Positions 1 to 13,583 of a stretch of DNA of 64,000 bases are shown piece by piece. A program made the translations under genes and the position numbers. The DNA comes from Adineta vaga (Eukaryota > Animalia > Rotifera), in assembly GCA_021613535.1 (NCBI GenBank), contig CP075494.1, positions 1,922,001 through 1,986,000 on the forward strand. Direction: 5' to 3'. The notes under the pieces are model-generated. The model was not told where the DNA came from and ran no database searches. It saw only the letters and a program-made list of their open reading frames with translations. Position 1 is the first letter of the stretch. Every line of letters starts with the position of its first letter.

Positions 1-3000
1 ATTAGAAGAATCAGTCACATACATATTTCCATAACTATCAAAACTAAGCGACATTGGATTCGATAATTGGTCAGATGCTGAGCTATTTACTCCACTACAT
101 CCAACTATACATTGAAAACCATTAGGCCCTGATCTAACAATACGATGATTGCCACTATCGACAATGAATAAATAACTGTCGTTATCGAGAATAATATCAC
201 TTGGATATGAAAGTGTAATTGTTATGTTTGAAGATCCAGTTCCAGCAATTGTGATTCCATTTGAGTGTCCAAGATGGAAGAGTTGAATGCGATGATTTCT
301 ACGATCTGCTACATATAAGTCGAAGTTCGTATCAACAAAAATTCCATATGGATTGTCAAGACTCTTAGATGTGTTACCAGCAGTACCTGTACCAGCAACA
401 ATCGTCGTTGTACTAGAGTTATCACCTAACCATCTTTTGACAATACTATTCTGATTACGCATCGAGCAATACAATGTATTACTAATATCAATGAAAAGAC
501 CTGTACAAGTTTGATTAATATACATAACAGCAATACTAGTGTTTGTCGTTGTTGACCATCTAATCACTCGATGGTTTGTTCCTCCATCATCAATAAAAAT
601 GTCACCATTTCTTGTAACGAAAATAGCATATGAATTGTTTAAATTGCTAGAAATTGTTCGCGTTGAATTAATACTTTCATTGAACCATATCTGAATTCGA
701 TTACTTGATACATCACTAGCATAGATTGTGTTCTTAGTTGTGATAAAGAGACCGTACGGATTTGCTCCAATTGTATTGTTATCAGCAAAAGTGATTGCAT
801 TTGAATTCCATGATGCATTTGCACATAATTTTTGTTGATTGTATGATGGAACTAAATTGAAGAACATAGAATAGTATATTTATACAAAAATTACTTACCA
901 CTGACATTGTTTAATAAAAAGAATTTCTGAATTCGATTATTAAAGTAATCGGTGACAAATATATTTCCGTAGGTATCAAAGTGAAGAGAAGTTGGATCAT
1001 TCAATTGATTTGATGCTGAACCTTCAGATCCACTACATCCAACTATACAACGAAAACCATTAGGTCCTGATCCGACAATACGGTCATTTAGAGTATCCGC
1101 AATAAAAAGATACTTGTCCGCATCGAAAGTAATACCCACTGGACCATTGAGTGCGATTGTAACATTTATGGAAGTGTTGCCTGCAGCTGTAATTGCATCA
1201 AGGTGTCCGGATCGAAAAAGTTGAATGCGATGATTCCAGCGATCTGCTACATATAAATCAAGATTGATATCAACATAGACTGCCCACGGTTCATTAAGCA
1301 TATTTGATGAATGTCCACTACATCCAGTACCTGCAACGACTACCGTCGTATTTGAATTGCTATTCAATGATTTTGCAATAACTTGATGTTGATTCTGCAT
1401 TGCACAATAAATAGTATTATTAATGTCCACAAACAAATCAATACAAAAGCCGTTAACAAACATAACAGGAACGCTAGTATTTGTTGATAATGACCATTTA
1501 GTTACTCGAGCATTTGGCATTCCATTATTAATAAAAATATCACCATTTGCTGTAACGAAAATCGTGTGTAAGTTGGTGAAACCACCGAAAATTGTTTGTG
1601 TTGGATTAACACTATTATTCAGCCATATCTGAATTTGACCGTTTGATCGATTAGGAACATAGATTGTGTTGTCAGTTGCGATAAACATGCCGAGAGGATT
1701 TGTTCCAATTGTAGTACTAGTAGCAAATGTAATTGCATTAGCGCTCCATGTCGCATATGCATTCAATTTCGGTTGACTGTACGAAACCGCTAGACAAAGA
1801 AAATAAGTTATTTGAAAAAAACAGCCACTTCATATAGTTTAGAAAATAGCTAGATTTACCTGTCTGTGATGGAGGTATTGTGACGGCATTTGATTGAGTA
1901 GTTATTGTAGTTGATGTTAAAGTTGTATCTATGAAAAATTCAAAAAATGTGATTCTTTCCATCAGAAAACTTATTCTTCTAGTGTACACTTACCACATGA
2001 ATTTGTTAGTAAAAGAAATTTTTGAATGCGATGATTAGCAGTATCGGCAACATATATATTTCCATAGCTATCGAAACTTAATGACCGTGGATAGCTTAGT
2101 TGATTAGATGAATTTCCTCCACCACCACATCCAAATAAACATCGAAAACCATTAGGTCCTGATCCGACAATACGATTATTAAGATAATCCGCTATAAAGA
2201 GATAATTATCAGCATCAAGTGCTAATCCAACGGGCCGGTAAAGAGTAATTGTAATATTGATTGATGTACTTCCCGCAGCTGTACTAGCATTGGATTGTCC
2301 TGGTGAAAAAAGTTGAATACGATTATTGTTATGATCTGCCACGTATAGATTAAAGTTAGTATCAACAAAGATTCCATGTGGAGAATCTAGTCTATCCGAT
2401 GTGGTACCCGATATACCACCAATTCCAGCAACAATCATACCAGCACTGGAATTATCACTTAACCACTTTTTGAAAACACTGTGATGATTATGTCTTGAAC
2501 AGTATAATGAATTATTCATATCAACGAACAAACCAATACAGCGTCCGTTAACAGACATAACAGGAACGCTAATATTTGTTATCAATGACCATTTAAGCAC
2601 TTTACCACTTGTGATTCCATTATCAATAAAAATATCATCATTTATCGTCACAAAAATCATGCATGAATCACTAAAACCACCTGAAATTGTTTGTGTTGAA
2701 TTAACATTATTATTATACCATATTTGAATTCGATTGTTTGGCCGATCAAGAACATATATTGTATTATTAGTTGTGACTAAAATTGCATACGGCTCTGATC
2801 CAACTATGCTGCTATTGGCAACATTAATACCATTTTGGTCCCATGATACATTGGCACAAAATCTTGGTCGATTATACGTTATCCCTGAAATAAAAACAAT
2901 TAGTTCATACAAGGAAGAATGTTTATGGAATATAGAAATTCCAATAATTTCCCAGTTACTTACTAGCATTCTTTAATAAAGTAAATTTTTGTATTCGACT

Positions 3001-5212
3001 ATTACCCCAGTCAGAAACATAGATATTACCGTAACTATCAAAACTAAACCAACGAGGTAACGATAATTGATCAGATCCTGAACCTTGCCCATTAGTGCAT
3101 CCGACGATACATCGAAAACCATTGGATCCTGATCCAACAATACGATGATTGAAACAATCTGTGATAAATAAATAACTTTCACTATCTAGAATAATAGCAG
3201 TCGGATTTGATAGTGTAATTGTAACATTTGTTGATTTGAGTCCTGCAACGGTGGTACCATACGAGTCTCCAAAGTGAAAGAGTTGAATGCGATGATTGAG
3301 ACGGTCTGCGACATACAGATCATAGTTGATATCAACAAAGATTCCATGTGGATTTCTAAGACTGTTGGATGAGTTACTAGCAATACCTGTGCCGACTGCA
3401 ATCGTCACAGTACTAGAATTATCACCTAACCATCTTTTGACAACACGATGATAAGCACTCATCGAGCAGTACAGTGTGTCACTAAGATCAACGAATAAAC
3501 CATGACAAGTTCCATTAATATTCATAACAGGTATACTTTTGTTTGTTATTGGTGATGATCTAATCACTTGATGATTTGTTGTTCCGTCATCAATAAAAAT
3601 ATTACCATTTGCTGTAACGAAAATCGTGAATGGATCAATAAAACCAGTGGAAACTGTCTGTGTGAGATTAATACTTCCATGAAACCATACTTGAACTCGG
3701 TCATTTGATCGATCAGGAACATAGATTGTGTTGTTAGTTGTAATAAATAGACCATAAGGTTCGATTCCAATTGTATTACTATTAGCAAAAGTGATTCCAT
3801 CTGGATTCCATGTAGCATCTATATTCAATTTTGGTTGATTATATGATAAGACTGAAAAAGAAAAGTAATTAATTTAAGGAAAACAAAATGTTTGAAAAAC
3901 ACAGGGGTGGCAGCGGCCTATAGTTCAAAATCAGGATACAATGCATATACATACACCATAGGCGACAGTTTAAAGAGATTCTGAAAATAGATTTTCTTGA
4001 AATAGATGCTGTGAATTCGAATGGAACTTGTCCAGGACGATTCTTTCAACTTAGTTTCTTTCATAAAACCGAAAAATAGAATCGACAAATCTCACAAAAG
4101 ACAGACTAGAATCAACAGTAAATATATAAAAGTAAGGAATAAAATCAGGAAAGTAAACGCACTGCGAGACCTAAAAATATGTATATCTCAATAAGTTTTC
4201 AACTACGTACCAGTATTATTTAATGTAGCAAACTTCTGAATTCGATTATTATTACTATCGACTATATATATATTTCCATAGCTATCAAAACTAAGCGATG
4301 TAGGAGCTGATAATTGATTGGATTCGGGACCATTTGTACCAGTACATGCAATTATACATCGAAAACCATTTGGACTTGATCCAACAATACGATGATTGCC
4401 TTGATCTACAATGAAGAGATAACCATCATTATCAAGAACTATTGCAGTTGGAGATGACAATGAAATTGTAACGACTGAAGATTCATTTCCTGCAACTGTA
4501 ATTCCATTTGTTTGTGTAGGATGGAAGAGTTGAATTCGATTGTTGCTAGTATCTGCTATATATAAATCAAAATTGACATTAACAAACATTCCCGAAGGAT
4601 TATTCAGCATATATAAAGTATTTCCAGAAGATCCGGTGCCAGCGACAATGGTATATGTATTGGACATACTACTTAATGCTTTTCTGATCACTTGATGTTT
4701 AGTACTCATCGAACAGTAAAGATTATCATTTGTATCAATAAAAATATCATAACATTTTGCACATGTGTAAAGAACAGGAATACCATTCGTAGCATTCACT
4801 GTCCATTTACTAATCCTACCCATTAAATTATCACTATCCACATAGATTTCACCTTTTGTTGTAACGAAGAGACTATATGGAAAGGATATATTATTCGATA
4901 TATTTTTGATCGGTATTGTATTTCCTTCAGCCCATATAACAACACGATTATTAGCATAATTAGCTACGTAAATTGTGTTGTTTGTATTGATAAAAATATC
5001 GTATGGTTGCAATCCAACCGTAGTAATATTGGCAAATGTTGTAGCATATTGATGCCACGCAGCCTTAGAATGAAACTTTGGCCGATTATATGAAAGTGCT
5101 ATGAGAAACAGACAAGTATTCACTTAATAAACAATGAATGAGATGGCTTACTTCGTATTTGTTTGATGATTGTCACAATAATCCATAGTTTTAACCAATC
5201 AATGGATATCAT
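1..5212 (-). CDS. Secreted/surface multi-NHL beta-propeller protein (at least 5 propeller exons), 3' end outside window; paralog of the NHL-polycystin gene at 25748
   Basis: Signal-peptide exon 5212-5152 (MISIDWLKLWIIVTIIKQIR), NHL exons 5098-4211, 3851-2964, 2884-1994, Thr-rich linker exon 1928-1860, NHL exons 1789-899 and 851-<1; all phase-1 GT-AG junctions; NHL motifs such as P.GIFVD..LYVAD..NHRIQ and FDSYGNIYV.D..N.RIQKF. Confidence 0.9.
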
Positions 5213-5712
5213 TGTGAATATAATAAAAATAGTTCGATCAACGTTAATTTTTTCAAAATTAATTGATTTTATTCTATAGAAACAAGAAAATCAACTGTAA
5301 AAGTACTAATAATTTTTTTCACTTTATATTTATCTTCATTGTTCATCTTCTTACATTCTCGATCGATTGATCGATCGATTATTGACCCAGTTTTAAACTA
5401 AATAAGAATAGACGATGATGTTAGAAGCAAATATCGATGTTCAAACAAGAGTTTAATTTTTAATATCCCTGTAAAAATATTATTGCCGATAATATGATCG
5501 ATCTATTTGTTTTTCTTCGTTTCTTTTATTTAAAAAGAATTTCTTTTTTCTTTCTAAAACCTATATGGAGGTGTCAATAGGTTCAAAATATCACTTAAAA
5601 GTGCATCAGCTCAAGAAGTTTTTTATCATTCGAGTTTTGTATTGAAATATCAACACATTTCTTTGCATAGAAACATGAATCTTTCATTGTTTATGACTTT
5701 ATTTTTATTGAT

Positions 5713-5752
5713 TTGAGGGTGTGGGTGTGAAGAGAAGAGAAATACGCACATC
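5713..5752. repeat. Telomere-repeat-armed hairpin element (right arm degenerate)
   Basis: TTGAGGGTGTGGGTGTG ... ACGCACATC. Confidence 0.6.
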
Positions 5753-5982
5753 TGTTACTTTTCATATCTCTCTCTGTGTATAAGCATATATCTTTTACTG
5801 TGAAATATTTACATTTTGGACCGTGAAAAGCGATGGATAGGTTACAATTCCTGTTAAATTATGTAAATTTAAAAAACACGATAATAAAAGTCAAGCAAGA
5901 TTATTTTTATACATTTATTAATATATATATATAAACACCTTTTCTGCAATAAGTAATAGAAGAAGAAGAAGAAGATATCAAT

Positions 5983-6958
5983 TTAGACACGATTCATGTG
6001 TGGAAATATTTGATTAAACGTTCGTCTGCATTTCAATATTTTCTTGAATTCTTCTCGATAGATTTTACCTGTAAGAATATAAAGAAAAAATGAAACGAAA
6101 AAGGCGCCTTGTTGCCAAGCGATTGTTATATTTCGAATTGTTAAATAATAAGGTGTACCCATAGATGATATAAATGTACTTAAAATATAAATTATACTAG
6201 TTGGTGCGAAGAAAATAAAATATGCGACTACTTGAACAATTAACATTCGAGCTAATTGACCTTCTGTACGACGATGAGAACCTATTTGAATTTACTGTTC
6301 CTGCACGATACAGATGACTTCGAATATTATAAATTGTTAATGCACCGAAGATACTTAACATCATTGGAATTAAAAGAAATTGAAGAATAACTCGACTCAT
6401 CAGATAAATTGTTGTCAATGTTGTTGAATCATACAAAGTGCAACTTCTGTTATCAATATAACGTGAATCATAATCATAAATAACTAGAAATGGACTCATA
6501 TAGATTGAAGATAAAATCCATACGAAAATAATAATTCTTTTCGCAACAGACACTTGATTTAAATGGCGTAAACGAATTGATAGTGAACTTGAAAAAAATC
6601 GATCGATCGAAGCACATACTAACATTAATCCATACCATAATGGTGTTGAAAAAGCCAGAAATACAAAGACTTTACATGTAATCTGTGTATTATTCATATA
6701 AAAATCAAAACTATATTGAAGTATCCCATTCAGAGGTGAAACAATCGTAGATACTAAAACGGGTGGAATAGAAGCAAGAAAATAATAAGTACATGATGAT
6801 GATCGAAGAGGACGACGACTAAGTATACTAAGATTTAATAGATTTGTGATTATTACTAATGTTGTTGTAATGGAAAAACTGTAAACAAGAGTCTTCTTGA
6901 CTCTCTGAATAAAATTATACTCTGCAGACAGATTTAGTAATGATGTTGTATTATTCAT
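5983..6958 (-). pseudogene. Intronless class A (rhodopsin-like) orphan GPCR with a single frameshift near 6280 (pseudogene or sequence error)
   Basis: ORF 6197-6958 gives TM1-5 (CASIDRF motif); ORF 5983-6246 gives TM6-7 (FFLYILTGKIYREE); the frames join as ...SHRRTEGQLARMLIVQV after a 1-nt shift. Confidence 0.8.
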
Positions 6959-7429
6959 TGTATTACTTTGTCTAAAAAATAGTTCTCATGGTTTTCTAAT
7001 ATATTACAATGCACTAAATATCGTTGTATATAAAAAAAGCATAATTTTTACACGAACAAGTAAAATAAAGAAAAAGAATTTTTTGGAGTAGAAATAAATG
7101 GAATTATTTTTACAAAGACAAACCATTTTCTTTGAATAAGTTCTATTTAGATGATATTTTTTATCAGGAAATTAGCGAAAAACTGAAGAGAGAAAGAGAG
7201 AATAGAAGTGGATCACTTTAATTAATTGAGTTTTTTCAGTAACAGTTTTCATAAGTTTAGATTTATCAATGCATCAATCATTTCTTTTTCATTCATTCTT
7301 ATTTATTTATCCATTACATAAGGGAGAAAACAATTGAGCTTCATTTTAGATTCAAATTTTCATTTATTTATAGCATTCAGATAATACAAATCTCAAAAAT
7401 GCTTCCTATATAGTTGTATACGGAAAAAT

Positions 7430-8510
7430 TCATTTTTTCTCGTCATCATCATCAGGAATCGTACCAACAATAAGTACCCATTGATAGGCAGTGAACTTGT
7501 CCAAAGATAGTTTTTGCTCATTGAGAGGATTTGCCACTGCTACAAAAAAAAACAACACTTCTGAATTGGAATGAAATCTTTATAGAATCTTACCTTCTAA
7601 AATAAGTTCTGTACACCAGTGTGTCAATGTACGATTATTTTTCACCATTTCTTCACGTTGCAAGCGAAATTCGTCAAGTGTGTATTGTTGGGACACGAGA
7701 CTAGATGGACTCATACTAACGTAAGCGACGATACGAAGAAGATCTACTTTCCCATAATTTTTCTTTGGAACAGTCGCTGGCGAATTACAATGGATGAGAC
7801 GACTATCCCATACGACGAGATCACCACCATTGACATGGATCTGTTTTCCTATAGTACGACCTCCATCGAAAATTGGATGATCTGAAGGAATAAAAACAAA
7901 ATCACGTGATCAGTTTCCGAGTCCTCGAAGTTCAGACAATCGTAAATGGGATTTCGGATAAACAATCAATCCACCCGTCGACTCATTCTGATTTGTGAGA
8001 GAAACAAATCCTTGAACACAACATCTATGTGGCTTTGAATTTGGATTTTGATCGACATGATTCCAGCCATCATCTGTTTTCCAACTTTCATCGTATGACC
8101 AATCTCGAAAGATGGCACAACCCTCAAATGAAACATGATTGATCCATACCATAGGTATTTATTACAACGTGGGAACGTATATCTGGCCTAGAAGTAAACA
8201 TCGTAGACATCATCAAAATATTGCAGATCGCAAACTATTCGTCGTGCAATTGATTTAAGATAAACTTACCAGCGATTCCATGTAGAAGGTTGATTTCGAC
8301 ATATATGATGATAAGGTTCTGGCATAGATTCAAAAATTGCCAGAGCTAATTCTTATTCTCTTCGATTTTGTCCATTTCTACGACATCACTGAATACTGCA
8401 TATCCATATTGACTGAGATGAGCGATTCTTTCGTCGAGTGTTGTTCGATTGTGCATAGAGAAGCGTGCTGATGGGTTGGTATCATCGATACTGAGACCGT
8501 TCTTGTTGCT
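7430..8510 (-). pseudogene. Phytanoyl-CoA dioxygenase (PhyH)-like 2OG-Fe(II) oxygenase, disrupted
   Basis: HVDQNP...CVQGFVSLTNQNESTGGLIVYPKSH and, in another frame, GGDLVVWDSRLIHCN...RIVAYVSM...THW; N-terminal QYGYAVFSDV; stops and frameshifts between blocks; contains introns. Confidence 0.75.
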
Positions 8511-8594
8511 TGATTTCGTTGTAAATAATATTACTGGTGTAATGCTCCTTTTATAGACAAACAGATAATGATGATAACATACTTGGATTGCAGA

Positions 8595-8657
8595 ATCTTG
8601 AGGGTGTGGGTGTGGGTGTGGGTGAGTATATATTACTCATATCCACACTCACACCCT
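8595..8657. repeat. Telomere-repeat-armed hairpin element
   Basis: ATCTTGAGGG(TGTGGG)3TGAGT-ATATATT-ACTCATATCCACACTCACACCCT. Confidence 0.85.
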
Positions 8658-9145
8658 ATTACATTCCCTGAGTTCCGTCGATTCTAGTTGGTCTATAGGC
8701 TCATAAATCTTCAAGAGTTCAGAACTCACGGAACTTGGACACATCTATTTTTTCCAATGATTTAAATGTAAAACCTACCCAAACAAAATTATTGAAATCA
8801 AATTATTTGAAAACATTTTAATAGTTTATAAATTTCGAATCATATTGTGTGTGCGACGGAACGTTCTTGTCGCGAAATAATCCGTTTAGATTTGTTTTAT
8901 ACAATAGCAACATTTGTTACTTTTTTCCTTTTTTCCGACTACACATTTTATTGCGAAAGAATTTGTAAATATTGAGAAAAAAAAGCCATTCAAAGTCCAC
9001 AATACACAAGAAATGTTATTGGAAAGAAAGAGAAAAAGAATTCATATGGGTTTAAGTGCTGTACAATTAAATGTTGTTGACACAAAACCGTATTCTCCTT
9101 AGTGGAAGATAAATATGTTTTCGAAAGAAAAGAAAATCCGATGAA

Positions 9146-9227
9146 ATCTTGAGGTTGTCGGTAGGTGGAGGGTGGGTGTGGGTGTGGATATTTTTTATCA
9201 TTATTGACAGCCACACCACACCCACCC
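9146..9227. repeat. Telomere-repeat-armed hairpin element
   Basis: ATCTTGAGG...GGGTGTGGGTGTGG-spacer-CCACACCACACCCACCC. Confidence 0.75.
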
Positions 9228-9854
9228 GTAGCACTTTTTCGTTTCAATTTCTGTATCGTAATTCTATGAAGACAAGTTCATTGCACTTTCCAGAGAGAAT
9301 GAGATGAAATCATTTGTTAGGTTTCGAAAAAGATTAAAAAATGTACATAACACATGGCAGGTGTACAAAGTAAATTTTCGTGAAAAGAAAGAAAAGAATA
9401 TGATGGTTATTGAGAAACACACATTTTGAGAATTGATCAATGATTGGAATTCATGAAAAAAAGTCCTAATTGAGTTAATCGATAGACTTACATCCTCTCG
9501 ACAGAGAGTTAGTCGAAATTGGATCAAATTACTTTTTATAACTATCACGAGACTGAGAATGGGTTTTCACTGCGCACCAAAAATGAATCGTAACACAAAA
9601 GTTTGCAGGAAAACTATCAGTTTTCGTTTTAGAAATACTATTTTGAATATTCTTAGGAGTATTATAGTTCTTTCAGAAAAGAGTCAGTGATTTCAAAGGA
9701 TAAGCGTTACTTGTTTTTTATAATATTATTGAAAAATTCAAAGTAATTTCCAATTAAAATATATTAAAAATGAATACGAAACTTTGCATAAATCTTTTTC
9801 TGTAGTCTGTTTATTATTCGATATTTTTCCAATCTTTTGAGATTCTTTTTTTTT

Positions 9855-12298
9855 CTACAAAAATAGTTGTTTGATAAGAATAACCAAATCACGATTAAAA
9901 ATGAATGCATAAGATATAATTGAAAAACAAAATATTGGTATAAAAGAAAGAATAAACAAGCGAATTGAAGAAGGTAATAGATAACATAACCAAGCAAGAA
10001 TTATTTTCCATGGTTGAATGAAAATTGATGTTAAAAGACATAAAATCATAGACCATAATATCAGACATAAACCAATATTAAAATATTGATTTAAAAATGT
10101 CATAATATGAAGATGTGACATTGAAATATAAATTGTATATATCGCAAAAAAGACTGCTGTTGAATATAATCCATATCGATTCCAAATTGAATTTTCTATT
10201 TGAGAAATATAATAATTTGTATAAAGATGAAAATATTGGAATTTTAATGGCCATTTTATATTTGAATACCATTGAAGAGGCTATATAAGATAGAAATTAT
10301 TTAATCATATGTATGAAAAAATATTTTACCTTTTGTTCAATCCACCAATGAGAATTCTCTAAGAGTGGTTCAAGTCGATATGTGAATTGATTTTGTTTCA
10401 ATCGTTTCGAATTTTCAATAATAGAATTGTGATCAAAATGATGAGGTAAGAAATAAAATGAAATATTTGATGTATTTATAAATATATCAATAGCATCAAC
10501 GATTGGTTGCATAGAAATGAAAAATAAATTATGTATTTGAAGATGTTTGACATAAGGAAAAGAATGAAATAAACTTTTTAATATAATATATGAATTTTCA
10601 TAATCAATATATACATTTAATATTTGAATTTGATTAATACATATATTATTCATTTGTATCATATCCTCAAATTTAATTTCCGTTTTAATAATTAATTCAA
10701 ATAATTTAGGAAATATAATTTTATATGGTTGAAATTTTAATAAGTCAATTATTGATAATAATGATATACATTCAATATGTTCAAATGTTAGAAATAAAGA
10801 AATTTCTTGAAAAGAAAATGAACAATTAAGATATAACTTTTTTATATGTGTAAAATAAGAATCTATTCGTTTTGATATTTTATCAATAGTCATTGAATTT
10901 ATATATTTAATGATCATTTTATCAACAAATTCATACGATTCTTCATCAATAATAATATTAATAGGATATAGATAAGATATTGTAAATACACAATCATCTT
11001 GATAATCTACATACCATTGTTTATTTTCTAACCAAAATGATGTTTGAAAAGAATCAATTAATACAGGATGATCTAAATTAAATTTAAAATTAAATGTAAG
11101 AAGTGAATTTGTTAAGGTTTGCCATCGGTATCCATCAATAAGATCATCATTTCCACTAAGAATCAATGTAAGATGTTTTAAGTAAGAGAAATTTGAAAGA
11201 AATTCTTCTATTTGATTCATTGATATTTCATAGTCTAAATTTGAATCTTCTGTATAAATCAGAAATGTCCATCGCGACAGTATTTTTTCCAAGAAAAGAA
11301 AATTACATAAATTTCGTAGAATTTCATTTGAAACAAGATGAACCTGCTCGATTATTGCCAATGTTCCTAACTGATTATAGTTATAAGAGTGAAATTCGAA
11401 AAAAAAGTTTTCATTATTATGACTATAATCAGTTAGGAACATTGGCAATAATCGAGCAGATTCATCTTGTTTCAAATGAAATTCTACGAAATTTATGTAA
11501 TTTTCACTTTTCTTGGAAAAAATACTGTCGCGATGGACATCTCTGGATAGAAATAAACTTACACGTTTTTGTAAGACAAAGTCGTGTTAATTTAGATGGA
11601 CCAAAATGAAAGTTCATATTATTTTCATTTTCTACTATTAAACATATATCAAGCGATTGGAGATATGGTGAATTATTCAGAATATTTTTCAATTCATTAA
11701 TAGAATATAATGTAATTTTTAAATAACGAAGTCTTGTCAATGAGAAATTTTCTGGTATGATAATATCGTCTACACATAAACGATGCAAATGTGGCAAAAT
11801 TTGTGCATAAGAATTGAAGATAATTGATTTCAATCGTTTTCTTTCATGAGAATAATGATTATATTCTATAGCAGAATATTTATGTGTACTATTTAATGAA
11901 AATGAATTTAATTGTGTTAATTCATGTAAATTAGTAAAAATATTTTCTAATGAATCGACTTCAATATTGATCAATGTCAAAGATTGTAAATGAAGAAATT
12001 GTTCAATTTGAAATCGAGTAAAGAATAATTCCGATTGACCTGGTGTATTTTCATCATCAGAAATTATTAATGAAATAACTTTTTCTGGTTGAATTTCATG
12101 ACAAATGAAATCAAAATCATTTCGTGATATTGATTTGAAATTCAATTTCCATAATGAATAAGAATTTAAAACATTATTAAGACGATCACTTACATTACGA
12201 AAAGTAAAGAGAATTTCTTGTGTGGAAAAATATTCAAATAGAATATGCAAGATTTCAATAGGTAAAAAATCCAACATACATCGATGTGACATAGTCAT
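9855..12298 (-). CDS. F-box/LRR-like protein with hydrophobic C-terminal segment
   Basis: N-terminal F-box LDFLPIEILHILFEYF; LxxLxL repeats; exons approx 12298-11563, 11246-10330, 10280-9855 (last exon in frame with hydrophobic ORF 9855-10121). Confidence 0.75.
11265..11540. mobile_element. Foldback/MITE-like palindrome in intron 1 of the F-box gene
   Basis: ~120-bp near-perfect inverted arms (ATGTCCATCGCGACAG...CTGATTATAG / CTATAATCAG...CTGTCGCGATGGACAT) around a ~40-bp spacer. Confidence 0.85.
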
Positions 12299-12990
12299 TG
12301 AATGATTGTTTTTTCATTTTCAAAAGTAAAAAATCAATAAAAAAAAACATTGACAGAACAAACAGACTTTTTTTCTGTTAATAATCAAATTTCGCAATTA
12401 AAATAAACAATCACATGTTCTACTACAATAATACACAAACTAGAATGCAAATTTTTCTTCTCTCTGGTGTGATTTTTTATCTTATTGAGTTCAATAATAA
12501 ACATTTTATTAAACAAGCCGTTGACATTATGCTGTCATGAACATCTCTGTCTATTCCCAGATGAAACAAAATTGTTAGCGGAATTGTTGTTGACAATGAT
12601 GATTTAGACGATAATTATTGAAAATGAAAACTTGTATTATTTCTTGCTTTTAAATCTATGTCATTGATTGAGAAGTTCTGCGGATCAATTAACGTGTACT
12701 ATATTATATTTGATACAGTTTCAACCAACAAGAGAAGCTTCTAAATCAGTACAATTCGATGAGAAATTCTTCTAATTACATCCATGTCTTTATTTATTCA
12801 CGATTAGAAAAATTAAGTTATAAAGAAAAGAATATATGCAGAAACAAAATTGACAATGAAGAATTGTAAAGTATTTATTTATAAAAGAGAGTAAATGATA
12901 TTTAATTCTTCAAGATTAAAAAATAGAGATCATTTTATTCCATCTGGTTTAACTAACGTGCGAGACGATGAAGATTAGTATCTTCTTCTA

Positions 12991-13221
12991 TCTTCTATGT
13001 ATATAAAGAAGAAAGTTTGTCTATCTGTCTGTCTGTTCGCTATGCATTTGAAGACTGTACAAGCAAATGCAATGAAACTTTGCAGAAATGGTCTCTACAT
13101 CCAGCGGAAGGCCGACATCTACTTTGTTTAAAAAAAAAGGAATCCTACGCTTCCTGGAAGCAATCGGTGAAACTGACCAACAGGATTGCAACATTTCAAA
13201 AAGTTAAAAATAATTAATAGC
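12991..13221 (+). mobile_element. Non-autonomous Helitron-like 5' fragment
   Basis: A|TCTTCTATGTATATAAAGAAGAAAGTTTGTCT..CTGTTCGCTATGCAT start shared with copies at 20180 and 20793 (minus); internal block also shared with the 20793 copy. Confidence 0.7.
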
Positions 13222-13264
13222 GGGTGTGGGCATTAGTCTTCTGGAATTTTACTCATCCACATCC
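13222..13264. repeat. Telomere-repeat-armed hairpin (short), abutting the Helitron truncation point
   Basis: GGGTGTGGG-spacer-ACTCATCCACATCC. Confidence 0.55.
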
Positions 13265-13309
13265 AAATGTGACGTTCAAGTGTACATTCTAATAGTTTTG
13301 TTAATTAGG

Positions 13310-13378
13310 TAGGGTCCGGCGGGATTGTAACTGGGTTCGGGAAAAAAATAGGAATCGGGACAGTCCCGGCGGACCCTA
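13310..13378. mobile_element. Tiny MITE with hAT-like TIRs
   Basis: TAGGGTCCGGCGGGA ... TCCCGGCGGACCCTA; no clear TSD. Confidence 0.5.
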
Positions 13379-13552
13379 ATTCCTATCATCCGAACAGAAA
13401 TTAATTGAAAAGAACTAACTAAATTTAACAGAGAAAAACTGACTTTTCCTATTAACAAGGTTTTTATTCAGAAAAACTTTAATAAATGCAAAATTTTAAC
13501 GAAATGAATTTTTAAGTGAAGAAAGACAAAATTGTGATTTTCATGTATTTTC

Positions 13553-13583
13553 GACGTTTCGTCATCTACGATGACATCGTCAG
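13553..13583 (-). ncRNA. Minimal hammerhead ribozyme motif
   Basis: Minus strand CUGACGA-U-GUCAUC-GUA-GAUGAC-GAAA-CGUC. Confidence 0.7.

Noticed and set aside
3852-4210. Enlarged intron with GC-richer patch, possible TE remnant
   Set aside because: No matching TIR pair or TSD found
11193-11609. 138-aa ORF mirroring the N-terminus of ORF 10297-11475
   Set aside because: Both are translations of the intronic palindrome
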